DNA from: a virus | DNA: 64,000 nt | Direction: 5' to 3' (one strand) | IMG/VR virus record: IMGVR_UViG_3300037486_000490 | Span: 1 to 64,000 of that record | The notes under the pieces: generated by a model | Told to the model about the DNA's origin: nothing | Database searches by the model: none | What the model saw: only the letters and a program-made list of their open reading frames with translations | Shown: piece after piece, positions 28,427 to 37,792 of the stretch | How positions within the stretch are numbered: position 1 is the stretch's first letter | Layout: each line of letters opens with the position of its first letter | Program-made: the position numbers and the translations under genes

Positions 28427-28915
28427 TTAGAATGTTACAGTAGGACCCCAGCCAATATACCAGTTAGCTTTGGCGGGATTGTTCTTTACAAAATCATAGC
28501 CGGCTACCATACTCAGCGAAAGTCCTTTTACATCGAGTACCGATGCTGAAAGAGCAACACCTGCATAAGGTTGTTCGACGGTTGCCACACTTATCATAGC
28601 TGCAAATGAGTAATCATTATAAGGTTTGTCACTCACAAGCTTGTAATGGGAATAGCTTAAGCCGAATCCTGCGCGTGATACGAACGTGCTTTCAAACTGC
28701 AAGAACTCACCAAGCTCATTATAAGACGACTTCACCACTTGAGCCATTATCAGCATCTCAGGACGGAACAGGAACGAGCTTACTGCATCTTTGGATCCGC
28801 TTACACTCTGGATACGTTCAACCGTTACCGGTTCAAGAAATCCTTTAAAGAGACCCTGGGCGTTAGCCATTGTCATAGACAACAGCAGAACTGCGAGAAA
28901 TAGAAGTTTTTTCAT
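28427..28915 (-). CDS. Secreted small beta-rich protein, possibly an outer-membrane beta-barrel
   Basis: Signal peptide ...TMANA|Q; amphipathic strands; C-terminal YIGWGPTVTF ending in Phe. Confidence 0.55.
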   Translation of the reverse strand: MKKLLFLAVLLLSMTMANAQGLFKGFLEPVTVERIQSVSGSKDAVSSFLFRPEMLIMAQVVKSSYNELGEFLQFESTFVSRAGFGLSYSHYKLVSDKPYNDYSFAAMISVATVEQPYAGVALSASVLDVKGLSLSMVAGYDFVKNNPAKANWYIGWGPTVTF

Positions 28916-28916
28916 G

Positions 28917-29276
28917 TTACTTTCCTTTATTAATTATTTGTTTTTCACGGTACATCCTGGTGTTAATCTCCTTGGATTTAACTACATCGACTTTCTTGAA
29001 CAGGAACTTCATTACCGTATTCACAAGCCAGGCTACCATAGATCCTTCTTTGATCTTGCCTGTCTGACCGAGCCATGTCTCAATAGGTATGAGAATTACC
29101 AGAGCAACCATTGCCCAGTTGGCTTTCACAAGTCCCAGGAGAAACTGGAACATATCATTGAATGTCATGCCTTGATGCACAACCGTGCTGTCCACTGGTG
29201 TGGAATCAACAACCTGTCCCGATACGACCATAGCCGTAATCAGGAGTACTGTCATAAGTAAAATACTCTTTTTCAT
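28917..29276 (-). CDS. Membrane protein with signal peptide (holin-like)
   Basis: Signal peptide ...VVSG|Q, one further TM segment, basic C-terminus. Confidence 0.5.
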   Translation of the reverse strand: MKKSILLMTVLLITAMVVSGQVVDSTPVDSTVVHQGMTFNDMFQFLLGLVKANWAMVALVILIPIETWLGQTGKIKEGSMVAWLVNTVMKFLFKKVDVVKSKEINTRMYREKQIINKGK

Positions 29277-29298
29277 GTTTAATTATTATTTAAGTGAT

Positions 29299-29406
29299 TC
29301 AAATACAATACTCTACAAAAATGTAGCTGCCAAAAGCTATGCAACCCAGAAGTCCAAGTTCTATGACTCTCATTGCAATGACGATTAATACTACTGCTGT
29401 TCTCAT
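29299..29406 (-). CDS. Possible 35-aa hydrophobic peptide
   Basis: Hand translation MRTAVVLIVIAMRVIELGLLGCIAFGSYIFVEYCI*; fills an intergenic gap. Confidence 0.35.
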   Translation of the reverse strand: MRTAVVLIVIAMRVIELGLLGCIAFGSYIFVEYCI

Positions 29407-29473
29407 GGATATTACTTTTTAGCAAGTTAATTCCATGAATATTCAACCGACACCAGACTGCCGGAAAGGGTTA

Positions 29474-29509
29474 TTATATCTATAACCCTTTTACAAGGAA
29501 AGGTTTATA
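29474..29509. repeat. 36-bp intergenic direct repeat, copy 1 (imperfect hairpin)
   Basis: TTATATCTATAACCCTTTTACAAGGAAAGGTTTATA; 34/36 identical to 37746-37781. Confidence 0.9.
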
Positions 29510-29517
29510 AGATGCGT

Positions 29518-29820
29518 TTAGGGAAGAGGCGGAAAAGTATTCGGTACCCAGGGCATCAGTTCTGCAACAAGTTGAACGAATATCCATCCGAGTATGCCTG
29601 CTGCGTTCCATGCCATATCCCAGGCACTGATAAATTCTTTATCATGATATTTATCCCATAATTCTTTACCCACAGCAACCAGCCCTGCAATTCCCATTGC
29701 AAGCAACCTGGGAATAAGTGTCTGCCAATATTCATTTCCGCCTATAGAAGGCGAGAGAAAATTGTACGTTACATCTGTTATGAAGTAACATGCCAGAAAA
29801 TGTAAGAGTGCTTCTATCAT
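29518..29820 (-). CDS. Small multi-TM membrane protein (VanZ/YfiM-like pattern)
   Basis: LHF...; GKELWD...D..WNAAG pattern with three hydrophobic segments. Confidence 0.55.
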   Translation of the reverse strand: MIEALLHFLACYFITDVTYNFLSPSIGGNEYWQTLIPRLLAMGIAGLVAVGKELWDKYHDKEFISAWDMAWNAAGILGWIFVQLVAELMPWVPNTFPPLP

Positions 29821-29830
29821 CTTTTATTAT

Positions 29831-30922
29831 TTAATTACCATCCCATCCAGCAATTCTTGCAAGCATCCACCACATAGCTTTACCAAGTCTTAATTCTCCA
29901 GCAGCAGAAATATGCCCTTCTATTTCTGGATCATTATTTGTATTTGTTATAGAAGGATAAGTATGTCCATCCCATGTTGTAGTAGTGGGTGTCCCGTTGT
30001 CATCATAACATAAAATATCAGCATAATCAAAAAGTATTACACTCTCTTGAGAATCAACCCAATCTCTAAGGTGTTCATACTTGAGATAAGCCTGGTACAT
30101 ATTTTCAGCGTTGAGATTTCCATTATAATTATCTACTGGTCCTGTTGTGAAAAATACTTTTGTAGGAATACTATTGGTAGTACAATAATCAACATATTCT
30201 TGTGTGACACTTATATATGTATCCATACTCACACCATTGCCTGTAATTGAAAAATCAGAAGCATCTAATCCCCATGCTCTGTCACCATTTGGACCACTAA
30301 CAGAAGAACCCCACCAATGAACTCCATAAATAGGATCAGCAGTTTCAGTAGCACCAGTTCCCATTGGATCCCAACACCATCCAAATCCAATAGCTGAAAC
30401 AGTCAGATTGTTTGCATAACAATAAGAGATACTTGCTTTTGTTCTTGTAATAGCAGTAGCATTGGTCCACCAATCTTCTTCACCATGCCAATATATCCAA
30501 CCTGTAGTATTATCATAATCGCCCCATCTTGCCCCACTTGCTCTTAGATGAGAAGTAGTATATGCTTCTGGGTTTGGATCTGTACCTACCCAGGGAATTC
30601 CATCAGTAACATTAACTGCAAACTTAGCATCCAATGCCTGTAATAAAATTAATCCATATCTTACTCCATAAGAATGCGATTCTCCTGCATTTACCATCCA
30701 CATTTTTTTTACCTCATTAATGTACACCTGTGGAATATCGTTATATAAATTTACTACAGTATGATCAGCTATTATCTTAGGAGACGTTGATTGTTGTTCA
30801 ACTGTATAATTAATAGGAGTAAATCCGCCATTATTAATAGGAATTCCATTATGGACTAACAGTGATTGTGCAGATATACCGAAGCTAACTAATAATAATA
30901 TTATTGTAATATTTTTCTTCAT
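29831..30922 (-). CDS. Secreted alpha/beta protein, SGNH-hydrolase-like
   Basis: Signal peptide ...FGISA|Q; GESHS, LFDYADI and GHIS...G.LRLGKAMWWMLARIAGW. Confidence 0.55.
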   Translation of the reverse strand: MKKNITIILLLVSFGISAQSLLVHNGIPINNGGFTPINYTVEQQSTSPKIIADHTVVNLYNDIPQVYINEVKKMWMVNAGESHSYGVRYGLILLQALDAKFAVNVTDGIPWVGTDPNPEAYTTSHLRASGARWGDYDNTTGWIYWHGEEDWWTNATAITRTKASISYCYANNLTVSAIGFGWCWDPMGTGATETADPIYGVHWWGSSVSGPNGDRAWGLDASDFSITGNGVSMDTYISVTQEYVDYCTTNSIPTKVFFTTGPVDNYNGNLNAENMYQAYLKYEHLRDWVDSQESVILFDYADILCYDDNGTPTTTTWDGHTYPSITNTNNDPEIEGHISAAGELRLGKAMWWMLARIAGWDGN

Positions 30923-30924
30923 AG

Positions 30925-32460
30925 CTATTTTACTGGTATTCCTTGATATATTATAAGTTTACTTCCGTTTACTATTGGCAATACTATATTACTATCCCCA
31001 CTTTCATACCATCCAAGATCAGGAGCAGAGCCATTATAAATAATCCCAAGACTTGACATATTATCATCAGTTACACCTCCATCAATCAAATCTGATGTTG
31101 GATCAAGTTTTCCAAAATCAACATCAGGCAATGAACCATCTGTCTTTCTTGATGCTAAAAGTTCATTAACATCCAAACTTATAAAATCATCAGCTGTAAC
31201 AGTAAATGAAGGATTGTCTTGCCAAAAAGGACTGCTACCATAACTTTGGAAAGTATTATGGTCCAGCGTAAAAACCCAACTCATATTATCTTGAGCCCAA
31301 GGAATATTAAACCAAGGGTAATCAGAATCAAGATAAGATATATTATTTCTATAAATACACCATGAAGCTGCAAGTGGACTTTCAGTACAATTCTGTACAA
31401 GATATCCTATTTTATTATTATATGATATGTTATTATATGTCCAAGCTCTCGTCCATTCATCTCCTAAAGCATTATTAGGATCATAACTAAATCCCATATT
31501 ATTAGCAGATATATTATTATGTGTAATTCTTGAAATATAATCTGGTGTATGAGGAGGAGGATCACCTATCTTAAATCCATTACCCTCTGATGCTGATAAT
31601 GTTGGATCGCCATTATTAAATGCCCAACAGTTACGCATTACTGTAAGACATAATTGATCTAAATTAATACCATCATCAGCATTACCCCATGCTCTACATC
31701 CTTCTAATAATCCATAATTTGTAGTAAAATCATCATACTGTTGTAGAAAAAATCCATCTGCTCCATTACCAGCTTGTCTTAACCATGTCACACCAAGGTC
31801 AAGTGTATAGGTACTAAGACTATCAGCATTATCATAAGCATCACAATTTATCCACATACTTGTATCTACTATTGATAAATTATAATTGAATATGTTAAAT
31901 CCAGCACCACCATTATGATGTGAATGACATCTATCAAAGATTAAATTTGTGCAATCACTACTTGTCCATCCAGGAGTTTTATGACCATATTCTCCATAAT
32001 TTACCAAGTCTATACTTCTTTGGTCTTGTCTTACATTACATATAGTTAATCCAACAAACTTGACATAATTACAATTAGAAAATTCTAATCCATTATTATA
32101 TCCTTGAGGTGATGCAACTTGATATCTGCAATCAAGAACAGCGGAATCTCCTACAGCAAGTTCTGGCGGATACAGTGAAATAACCAATGGAGCTGCACGT
32201 GAAGATGTCATACCATCTAAATAAACATACGCTGATCTTGTGGTTTCATTTGCTGGTGTATATCTTCCTGCTCTAATATATAACGTATCACCAGCTGATA
32301 ACATTTCTACCCCATGCTTCCATGTTGCCCATGGTGTTGAAATACTTTGTGCTTGAGTTGTAGTTCTACTATCATTACCATTTGTTGCAACATAGTACGT
32401 AGTAGCTGATACATTTAATGATATTAAAATCAATAATAATATAATAAATCTTTTTATCAT
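30925..32460 (-). CDS. Secreted right-handed beta-helix protein (PL9/pectate lyase L-like)
   Basis: Signal peptide ...LNVSA; TYYVATNGND, AGDTLYIRAG, GNADDG, EGNGFK, NGSAPDLGWYE. Confidence 0.8.
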   Translation of the reverse strand: MIKRFIILLLILISLNVSATTYYVATNGNDSRTTTQAQSISTPWATWKHGVEMLSAGDTLYIRAGRYTPANETTRSAYVYLDGMTSSRAAPLVISLYPPELAVGDSAVLDCRYQVASPQGYNNGLEFSNCNYVKFVGLTICNVRQDQRSIDLVNYGEYGHKTPGWTSSDCTNLIFDRCHSHHNGGAGFNIFNYNLSIVDTSMWINCDAYDNADSLSTYTLDLGVTWLRQAGNGADGFFLQQYDDFTTNYGLLEGCRAWGNADDGINLDQLCLTVMRNCWAFNNGDPTLSASEGNGFKIGDPPPHTPDYISRITHNNISANNMGFSYDPNNALGDEWTRAWTYNNISYNNKIGYLVQNCTESPLAASWCIYRNNISYLDSDYPWFNIPWAQDNMSWVFTLDHNTFQSYGSSPFWQDNPSFTVTADDFISLDVNELLASRKTDGSLPDVDFGKLDPTSDLIDGGVTDDNMSSLGIIYNGSAPDLGWYESGDSNIVLPIVNGSKLIIYQGIPVK

Positions 32461-33344
32461 GGGATTATTCCTTTACTATTTGAATCCATATATGCTTCAA
32501 AATTATCTACAATAGCATCTCTCATTGCAGTAGTGATATGTTCAGCAACAAAAGCAAGTGATACTTGTGCTACTGAATAAAATTCCCTTGTATAATTTTT
32601 TCTTGCCAATATGTTAAATTCCATTGTAGGTAGTCCAACGCTATTGGCTGTGGCAGGATCAGAAGTACTGGTTGTTTTATTTTTATATAAGATCACAGCA
32701 CTTGAACTTGTTCTTGTTGTTATCCATAATGCAGCGTGTGCATTACTTGTAGTTTCAGTATAACTTACTGTAACATCATTAAGAGAAAAAACAATCTCCC
32801 CAGACGAATAAGGTTGCAAACAAGTATTTTGAACGCCATCAGATACACCAAGATAACATCCTTCATTTGCTGGGTTTGCAGCCGTTCTGGAGTAGACGCC
32901 TATTGCTCCACTATTCTGAGTAAAATTAACTCCATCAGTGGATGGTACAAAATCAGTGCTAATATATTGAGATGTTCCATTACCAGTAAATCCTTCAAGT
33001 GTAGTAAATGATGCACTATAGTTTGTACAATCATGATCTCTCTCAACTGCATTTCTTAAAGATGACTCTGATGTCTCATTTGCAAGAATATACATTGCAT
33101 CAAATACATCAGATAGATTAGTAATACCTAAGTCACTTTTAAGATCGGTAAAGAATGTATTTAACTTATCGAGTTGTCCACTACTTAATTCAGTAGTAAG
33201 ACCATTAATATACGTTTCAAGATCAGAGTCATATCCTCCCCCTTGCTCTGTAGCAACAGGAACATGAAACGGATGTCTTGCAATCTGCCCCTGGACTGGC
33301 AGAAGTAGTAAAACAAGTAGCCATATTGAAAATAGTCTTCTCAT
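32457..33344 (-). CDS. Secreted protein with a lectin/LamG-like beta-sandwich
   Basis: Signal peptide ...PVQG|Q; GFTGNGTSQYIST, GVYSRT, beta-rich. Confidence 0.55.
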   Translation of the reverse strand: MRRLFSIWLLVLLLLPVQGQIARHPFHVPVATEQGGGYDSDLETYINGLTTELSSGQLDKLNTFFTDLKSDLGITNLSDVFDAMYILANETSESSLRNAVERDHDCTNYSASFTTLEGFTGNGTSQYISTDFVPSTDGVNFTQNSGAIGVYSRTAANPANEGCYLGVSDGVQNTCLQPYSSGEIVFSLNDVTVSYTETTSNAHAALWITTRTSSSAVILYKNKTTSTSDPATANSVGLPTMEFNILARKNYTREFYSVAQVSLAFVAEHITTAMRDAIVDNFEAYMDSNSKGIIP

Positions 33345-35467
33345 TACCAGTTCCTTATTTTATAACCAGACATTGTTAAACTTAGCAAACTTGGTTTATT
33401 GCCAGCCGATACTGCTGAAATAGTACACCATACCCAGACATTAGGTGGTATTTCATTATTTGTAAAACTCGTATCTTCATCGCCAGTAGTAATACTGGTT
33501 ATAGTATAAGCCGCAGAATTGAGGTTTGTGGCAGAACCACTCTTAAATGTACCATGCCAACTGATCTGAACCCCGACTGTTTCTGTTCCAGACCCTTCAG
33601 CTAAAACTCCCCTTATAGAAGTGATATGAAGTGTATCAGCGCCAGCATTATAAAATGCTCCTGAGATAGCATTATTATTAAATACTACTGTATCTGCCGA
33701 TATTCCAGAGCCAAGTCCAAATATGAATATTGGAATGGTATCTATATTAAGTCTGGCATTAAGTGTAATTAAATCTTCAACATCCTCTTCTGTTACTGTT
33801 CCCGTTCCTCCATAGGTTCTTGCGTAAGATTGTGTAGCTAATGTATCTGTTGTACTAACTTTTTGAACTCCAGTGAAAGTTGGATTTGCAAGTGGAGCAT
33901 AAGTTGACGAAACCTCAGAACTAAGTATATAGTGAGTTAACATTGAGGTAGTATCAGATACGTTTACTTTGTTAGTTAAGCCGGTTGTTAGATCATAATT
34001 TGAAGCATAATGCCCTGGACCAGCCGTGCTATCGGCAAGCATAACTGCAATATCAGATATTTCTAATCCTGCTCCTATCCTTGCATCAAGACTATCATTA
34101 ATATTTTGTGTGGTGGAAAGAGTCCCGGATGTTGGCAGAGTTACAGTTGTAGATGCTATGGTTGTAAAGGTTAGTGCATCAGCACCCGAAAGCGTTAATG
34201 ATCCACTGGCAGGGGTGAAACCCGTCACTGTTGCAGCAGTCTCACTATCCAATAAATAATTACCCAACATAGAAGCCGTATCTGCCACCTCTATATAAAG
34301 AGGTCGTAAAACATTCAGACTATCAGCAATTTCATCCCTGACATCTCCTATTGTTACTGTACCAATACCGCCATAAGATCTTGCATAAGACTGGGTAGCA
34401 AGTGTATCAGTTGTACTATATTTAGGAAGAACACCCGTGAAAGTCGGAGATGTAAACATTGTTGCCTTACTTTCGTTGGTAACATTTCCTAAACTTACAT
34501 CAGACGATGTCAATGAGAGAGCAGTCTTGAAGTTTGCTGCACTTAAAGCATCTACGGTGTTATTTGCATTTACACGAAGAAAGGTTATTGCCGATGGATT
34601 TGTGAGAGTTAACAGGTTTGAACCAACTGTTGACTGAGCAACAAACCCCATGTTTCCATACTCGTCAATATTCAATAAATTCGTGGTTCCAGCAGAAGGT
34701 AGTGCAGCTATCGGAAGTCGATAACTCCGATTTGCAGTTGGAGCTCCTCCTTGTAGTGCTGTCCAAAATCCATTACTTCCATAAAAATAAAGTAGGCTTC
34801 CTCCATCAGATGTACCATCAAAATAAGGCGCAGCAGTACCATTACCCACAAGACCAGCTCTATCCCATACTGTTGAGTTATTGGTTATTGTAGTTCCCCA
34901 TGATGATCCGCTTGTTACAATAGGTATTCCTGAACCACTTGGATAAACCATTGAAGCTCCTTCTCCAACTTCCGTTAACAAAGCATACGTACTAAGCATT
35001 GTGGCTGTATCTGCTACGGCTACATATAAAGGTCGAAATACATTAAGACTGTCAGCAATCTCATCACGAACATCTCCAATAGCCACCCCTCCTGATCCAC
35101 CAACAAGTCTTGCATAAGCTCTTGTAGCAATAGTATCAGTTCCTATCCCCACAAGTTTGTTAAGCTCTGTATATGTGACCAGGGCTCCATCAAGGACATT
35201 TAATTCCTGACCGTTTGATGTTATCGTCACCGCATTGACCCTCCATGTAACAGGAAGTGATACCGTACCAGTGAATGTAGGTGATGCCAAAGGAGCTTTA
35301 GCTGTTTGTAAAATAGTTATTGAATCACTCGCTATCTCATCGTTAGCATTAATTATAGTTCTTGCCGTAGTCCATGTTCCTCCTGCGGGAATTGTGGTAA
35401 TAGTCTGTGCCATCAAACCTACTGAGAGTAAGACTACACCGAATATTATAAGTAATATTTTTTTCAT
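33344..35467 (-). CDS. Signal-peptide-bearing tail-fibre-like repeat protein, 707 aa
   Basis: MKKILLIIFGVVLLSVGLMA|Q; APLASPTFTG x2, TDTLATQSYAR x3, IGDVRDEIADSLNV x2. Confidence 0.7.
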   Translation of the reverse strand: MKKILLIIFGVVLLSVGLMAQTITTIPAGGTWTTARTIINANDEIASDSITILQTAKAPLASPTFTGTVSLPVTWRVNAVTITSNGQELNVLDGALVTYTELNKLVGIGTDTIATRAYARLVGGSGGVAIGDVRDEIADSLNVFRPLYVAVADTATMLSTYALLTEVGEGASMVYPSGSGIPIVTSGSSWGTTITNNSTVWDRAGLVGNGTAAPYFDGTSDGGSLLYFYGSNGFWTALQGGAPTANRSYRLPIAALPSAGTTNLLNIDEYGNMGFVAQSTVGSNLLTLTNPSAITFLRVNANNTVDALSAANFKTALSLTSSDVSLGNVTNESKATMFTSPTFTGVLPKYSTTDTLATQSYARSYGGIGTVTIGDVRDEIADSLNVLRPLYIEVADTASMLGNYLLDSETAATVTGFTPASGSLTLSGADALTFTTIASTTVTLPTSGTLSTTQNINDSLDARIGAGLEISDIAVMLADSTAGPGHYASNYDLTTGLTNKVNVSDTTSMLTHYILSSEVSSTYAPLANPTFTGVQKVSTTDTLATQSYARTYGGTGTVTEEDVEDLITLNARLNIDTIPIFIFGLGSGISADTVVFNNNAISGAFYNAGADTLHITSIRGVLAEGSGTETVGVQISWHGTFKSGSATNLNSAAYTITSITTGDEDTSFTNNEIPPNVWVWCTISAVSAGNKPSLLSLTMSGYKIRNW

Positions 35468-35527
35468 CGTATTATTTCTTTATTATCGTTATTCGTATAG
35501 TGTGTTTTATATTACCTAATTTCACAA

Positions 35528-36682
35528 CTACCCATATACATTAGACCAATCATTATTATAAGCACACAATGCACCACTACTTAATGCTGCCCATGCTGCA
35601 GTATTTGTAACTTCAGGTATGGCATCTCCATTGCGATACTTAGTTTCACATAAATTATCTGCCAACCACTCCTGTGTACCTATACAAATAGTTCTATATA
35701 TTCTTCCATCATTCCCCACATATACTCCATATTGACCATGTGCTAGAGTAGTGCTATTTTTTACAAACCTAATTGGTAATCCACTTTTTAGTGTATGATA
35801 TTGTGAATCTTCTATAACAAAATCCTCAAATATTACATTAATTGCTGCATGATAAGGATGAGTAGTATTTATGAGTGTTGCTGACCAATAATCGTATTCT
35901 ATCTGGAAGGCATCAAATACCCCTTCCTTTGTCCTGTAACCAGCTCCAATAGCGTTAAACCCAAGTTCATTTGTTCCTTCATTAGTAGTCCAATAATCAA
36001 GTCCCATAGTCCTTAATTTAAAACATCCATTAGGGTTTATATAGTCTCTCTTAATTACTATATCATTATATGTTGGCACATGCCATCCATTAGATGCAAT
36101 ATTTCTTGCATCATTTACAACATACCAATTATAGAAAAGTCCATACAAAGGAGGATCAGTTTCAACAAACGTCCTATTATCCTTCATGTACCCGGACTCC
36201 ATCATTGTTTCACCCCAATATTGAACCCATAACTTAAAGAACTTATTTAAAACTACTTTATCTGATTCTGTGAGAACTTCACCGGTTTTAAGAATACCTA
36301 TTGCCGATACATCATAAGGTTCGAAATCGGCATATTTGATAAATGTCCTGGTTGTAGTACTAATAATAAGGTTGGCATGTGTCTTCTGCTGAAGCACTCC
36401 GGCACCATTGAACCACCAGTCATCTGTACCATCTGCTGCCAGATAGGTTGCATTATCAGGTACAGCAAAGGTTGCCTCAGTATCAGGAGGGATATATTTT
36501 GTACTCCAGTTCTTTCCTGTAACAGTTATGACAGAAGAATCAAGATCAGAAAGCAAATCATCCCCGTCATACTTGCCGGTCCATAGGAATAGGAACTTGG
36601 CTTTTAATGCCGCAGGCAAGCCATGACTCCTGTTATAGTTGGGAGTGACCAGATTGCAACGACCTAATCCATTAAATCCCAT
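35528..36682 (-). CDS. Protein with a FISUMP (Fib_succ_major, C-type-lectin fold) domain, circularly permuted
   Basis: YGLFYNWY, GWHVPT, GFNAIGAGYR, YWS, IRFVK, then YRTICIGTQEWLADNL...YRNGDAIP. Confidence 0.8.
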   Translation of the reverse strand: MGFNGLGRCNLVTPNYNRSHGLPAALKAKFLFLWTGKYDGDDLLSDLDSSVITVTGKNWSTKYIPPDTEATFAVPDNATYLAADGTDDWWFNGAGVLQQKTHANLIISTTTRTFIKYADFEPYDVSAIGILKTGEVLTESDKVVLNKFFKLWVQYWGETMMESGYMKDNRTFVETDPPLYGLFYNWYVVNDARNIASNGWHVPTYNDIVIKRDYINPNGCFKLRTMGLDYWTTNEGTNELGFNAIGAGYRTKEGVFDAFQIEYDYWSATLINTTHPYHAAINVIFEDFVIEDSQYHTLKSGLPIRFVKNSTTLAHGQYGVYVGNDGRIYRTICIGTQEWLADNLCETKYRNGDAIPEVTNTAAWAALSSGALCAYNNDWSNVYG

Positions 36683-36690
36683 AACTTTAG

Positions 36691-37002
36691 TTAAACTTCA
36701 AACACATTGAATACCGTACAAATATTTGCAATACCACCAAGTACCGCAACTTTATCTCCAATAACTACAGGAAGCCAAAGCTCCCCACCGGATGGTATAA
36801 AAATAGATGTAGCAAGTGCAGTAGGATTAACTCCTGTAAGCACACGGATATCTGCATCTGTTGCCACAATACGCACAAGGTTTCCTGCAATTGCAGCACT
36901 CTGAACAGATGCAGCTGTACCATTTACATCCTGTGATGCTGTAAGTCCCATTACGGGAATTGGATTACCATTGGCATCCATCAACATAACTGCCTTCGAC
37001 AT
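36691..37002 (-). CDS. Small beta-rich hypothetical protein
   Basis: Co-oriented 103-aa ORF. Confidence 0.6.
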   Translation of the reverse strand: MSKAVMLMDANGNPIPVMGLTASQDVNGTAASVQSAAIAGNLVRIVATDADIRVLTGVNPTALATSIFIPSGGELWLPVVIGDKVAVLGGIANICTVFNVFEV

Positions 37003-37022
37003 TGTAATTTATTTTAGTATTG

Positions 37023-37661
37023 TTAATAGGTAATGTAGGTGATGTAAACTCTCCACTCACCGTTGGTTGTGGTAGCCCAGTTTTGATCCGGATCAAATGA
37101 CAACCATACTTTTGTAGCAGCAGTGTAACTCATTACAACAGCCACTGGAAGGGCAGGGTTTATAACTCCTACCACCTCGTTCTGAGTATCACATGATGCA
37201 GCTACAATAAATTGTGCGCCTGCGGAAGCATTGCCGGCTGCTATGGTAATATCGGAAGCTCCAGCAGAGTTGACAAAGTCGTTTGAAGCAACGATCTGAA
37301 TGTCAAGAACTTTTGATCTTGCAGGTATAATTGCTCCCAAATCCAGGTTATATGCAGTATGATTGGCAGCTGCAACAGGAAGGTAAAAGTCATACCCTAC
37401 GGCATACCCTAAAAGTGCAATACCTTTCTGGATGGTATATATTCCAGCCATACTAACCCCATTCACTTCCGGAGTAACCGTAAGCAGATCAGGAGCTGCA
37501 AGTTGGGAATATACAGACTGAAAATTTTGATTGGTAACCCTCATAGCAGTACCAAGCCCATCACCGCCTGAGCCATTACGACCTTTACCGGGATTAAGAA
37601 GTACCTGACCATATCCTGAGAGTGAGAGGATGCAGAACAATAAAACAAGAAGTTTTTTCAT
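37023..37661 (-). CDS. Signal-peptide-bearing fibre/decoration-like protein
   Basis: MKKLLVLLFCILSLSGYG|Q, followed by GSGGDGLGTAMRVTNQNF (related to the DDGTGD.LR.AF..VN fibre anchor); beta-sandwich C-terminus. Confidence 0.65.
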   Translation of the reverse strand: MKKLLVLLFCILSLSGYGQVLLNPGKGRNGSGGDGLGTAMRVTNQNFQSVYSQLAAPDLLTVTPEVNGVSMAGIYTIQKGIALLGYAVGYDFYLPVAAANHTAYNLDLGAIIPARSKVLDIQIVASNDFVNSAGASDITIAAGNASAGAQFIVAASCDTQNEVVGVINPALPVAVVMSYTAATKVWLSFDPDQNWATTTNGEWRVYITYITY

Positions 37662-37745
37662 GATTTTATGATTTAAATGATATAATGTGCAACACTAAAT
37701 TAAGCCATGTCATTCTGGATAGTAAAAATATACGTACCAGAAACG

Positions 37746-37781
37746 TTATATCTATAACCCTTTTACCAGAAAAGGTTTATA
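37746..37781. repeat. 36-bp intergenic direct repeat, copy 2
   Basis: TTATATCTATAACCCTTTTACCAGAAAAGGTTTATA. Confidence 0.9.
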
Positions 37782-37792
37782 GTGACGATTAG

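Noticed and set aside
35528-36682. Diversity-generating retroelement targeting the FISUMP gene
   Set aside because: No reverse transcriptase and no adenine-variant template repeat seen in this window
29474-37781. CRISPR array from the 36-bp repeat
   Set aside because: Only two copies, 8.2 kb apart, with no spacer pattern and no cas genes
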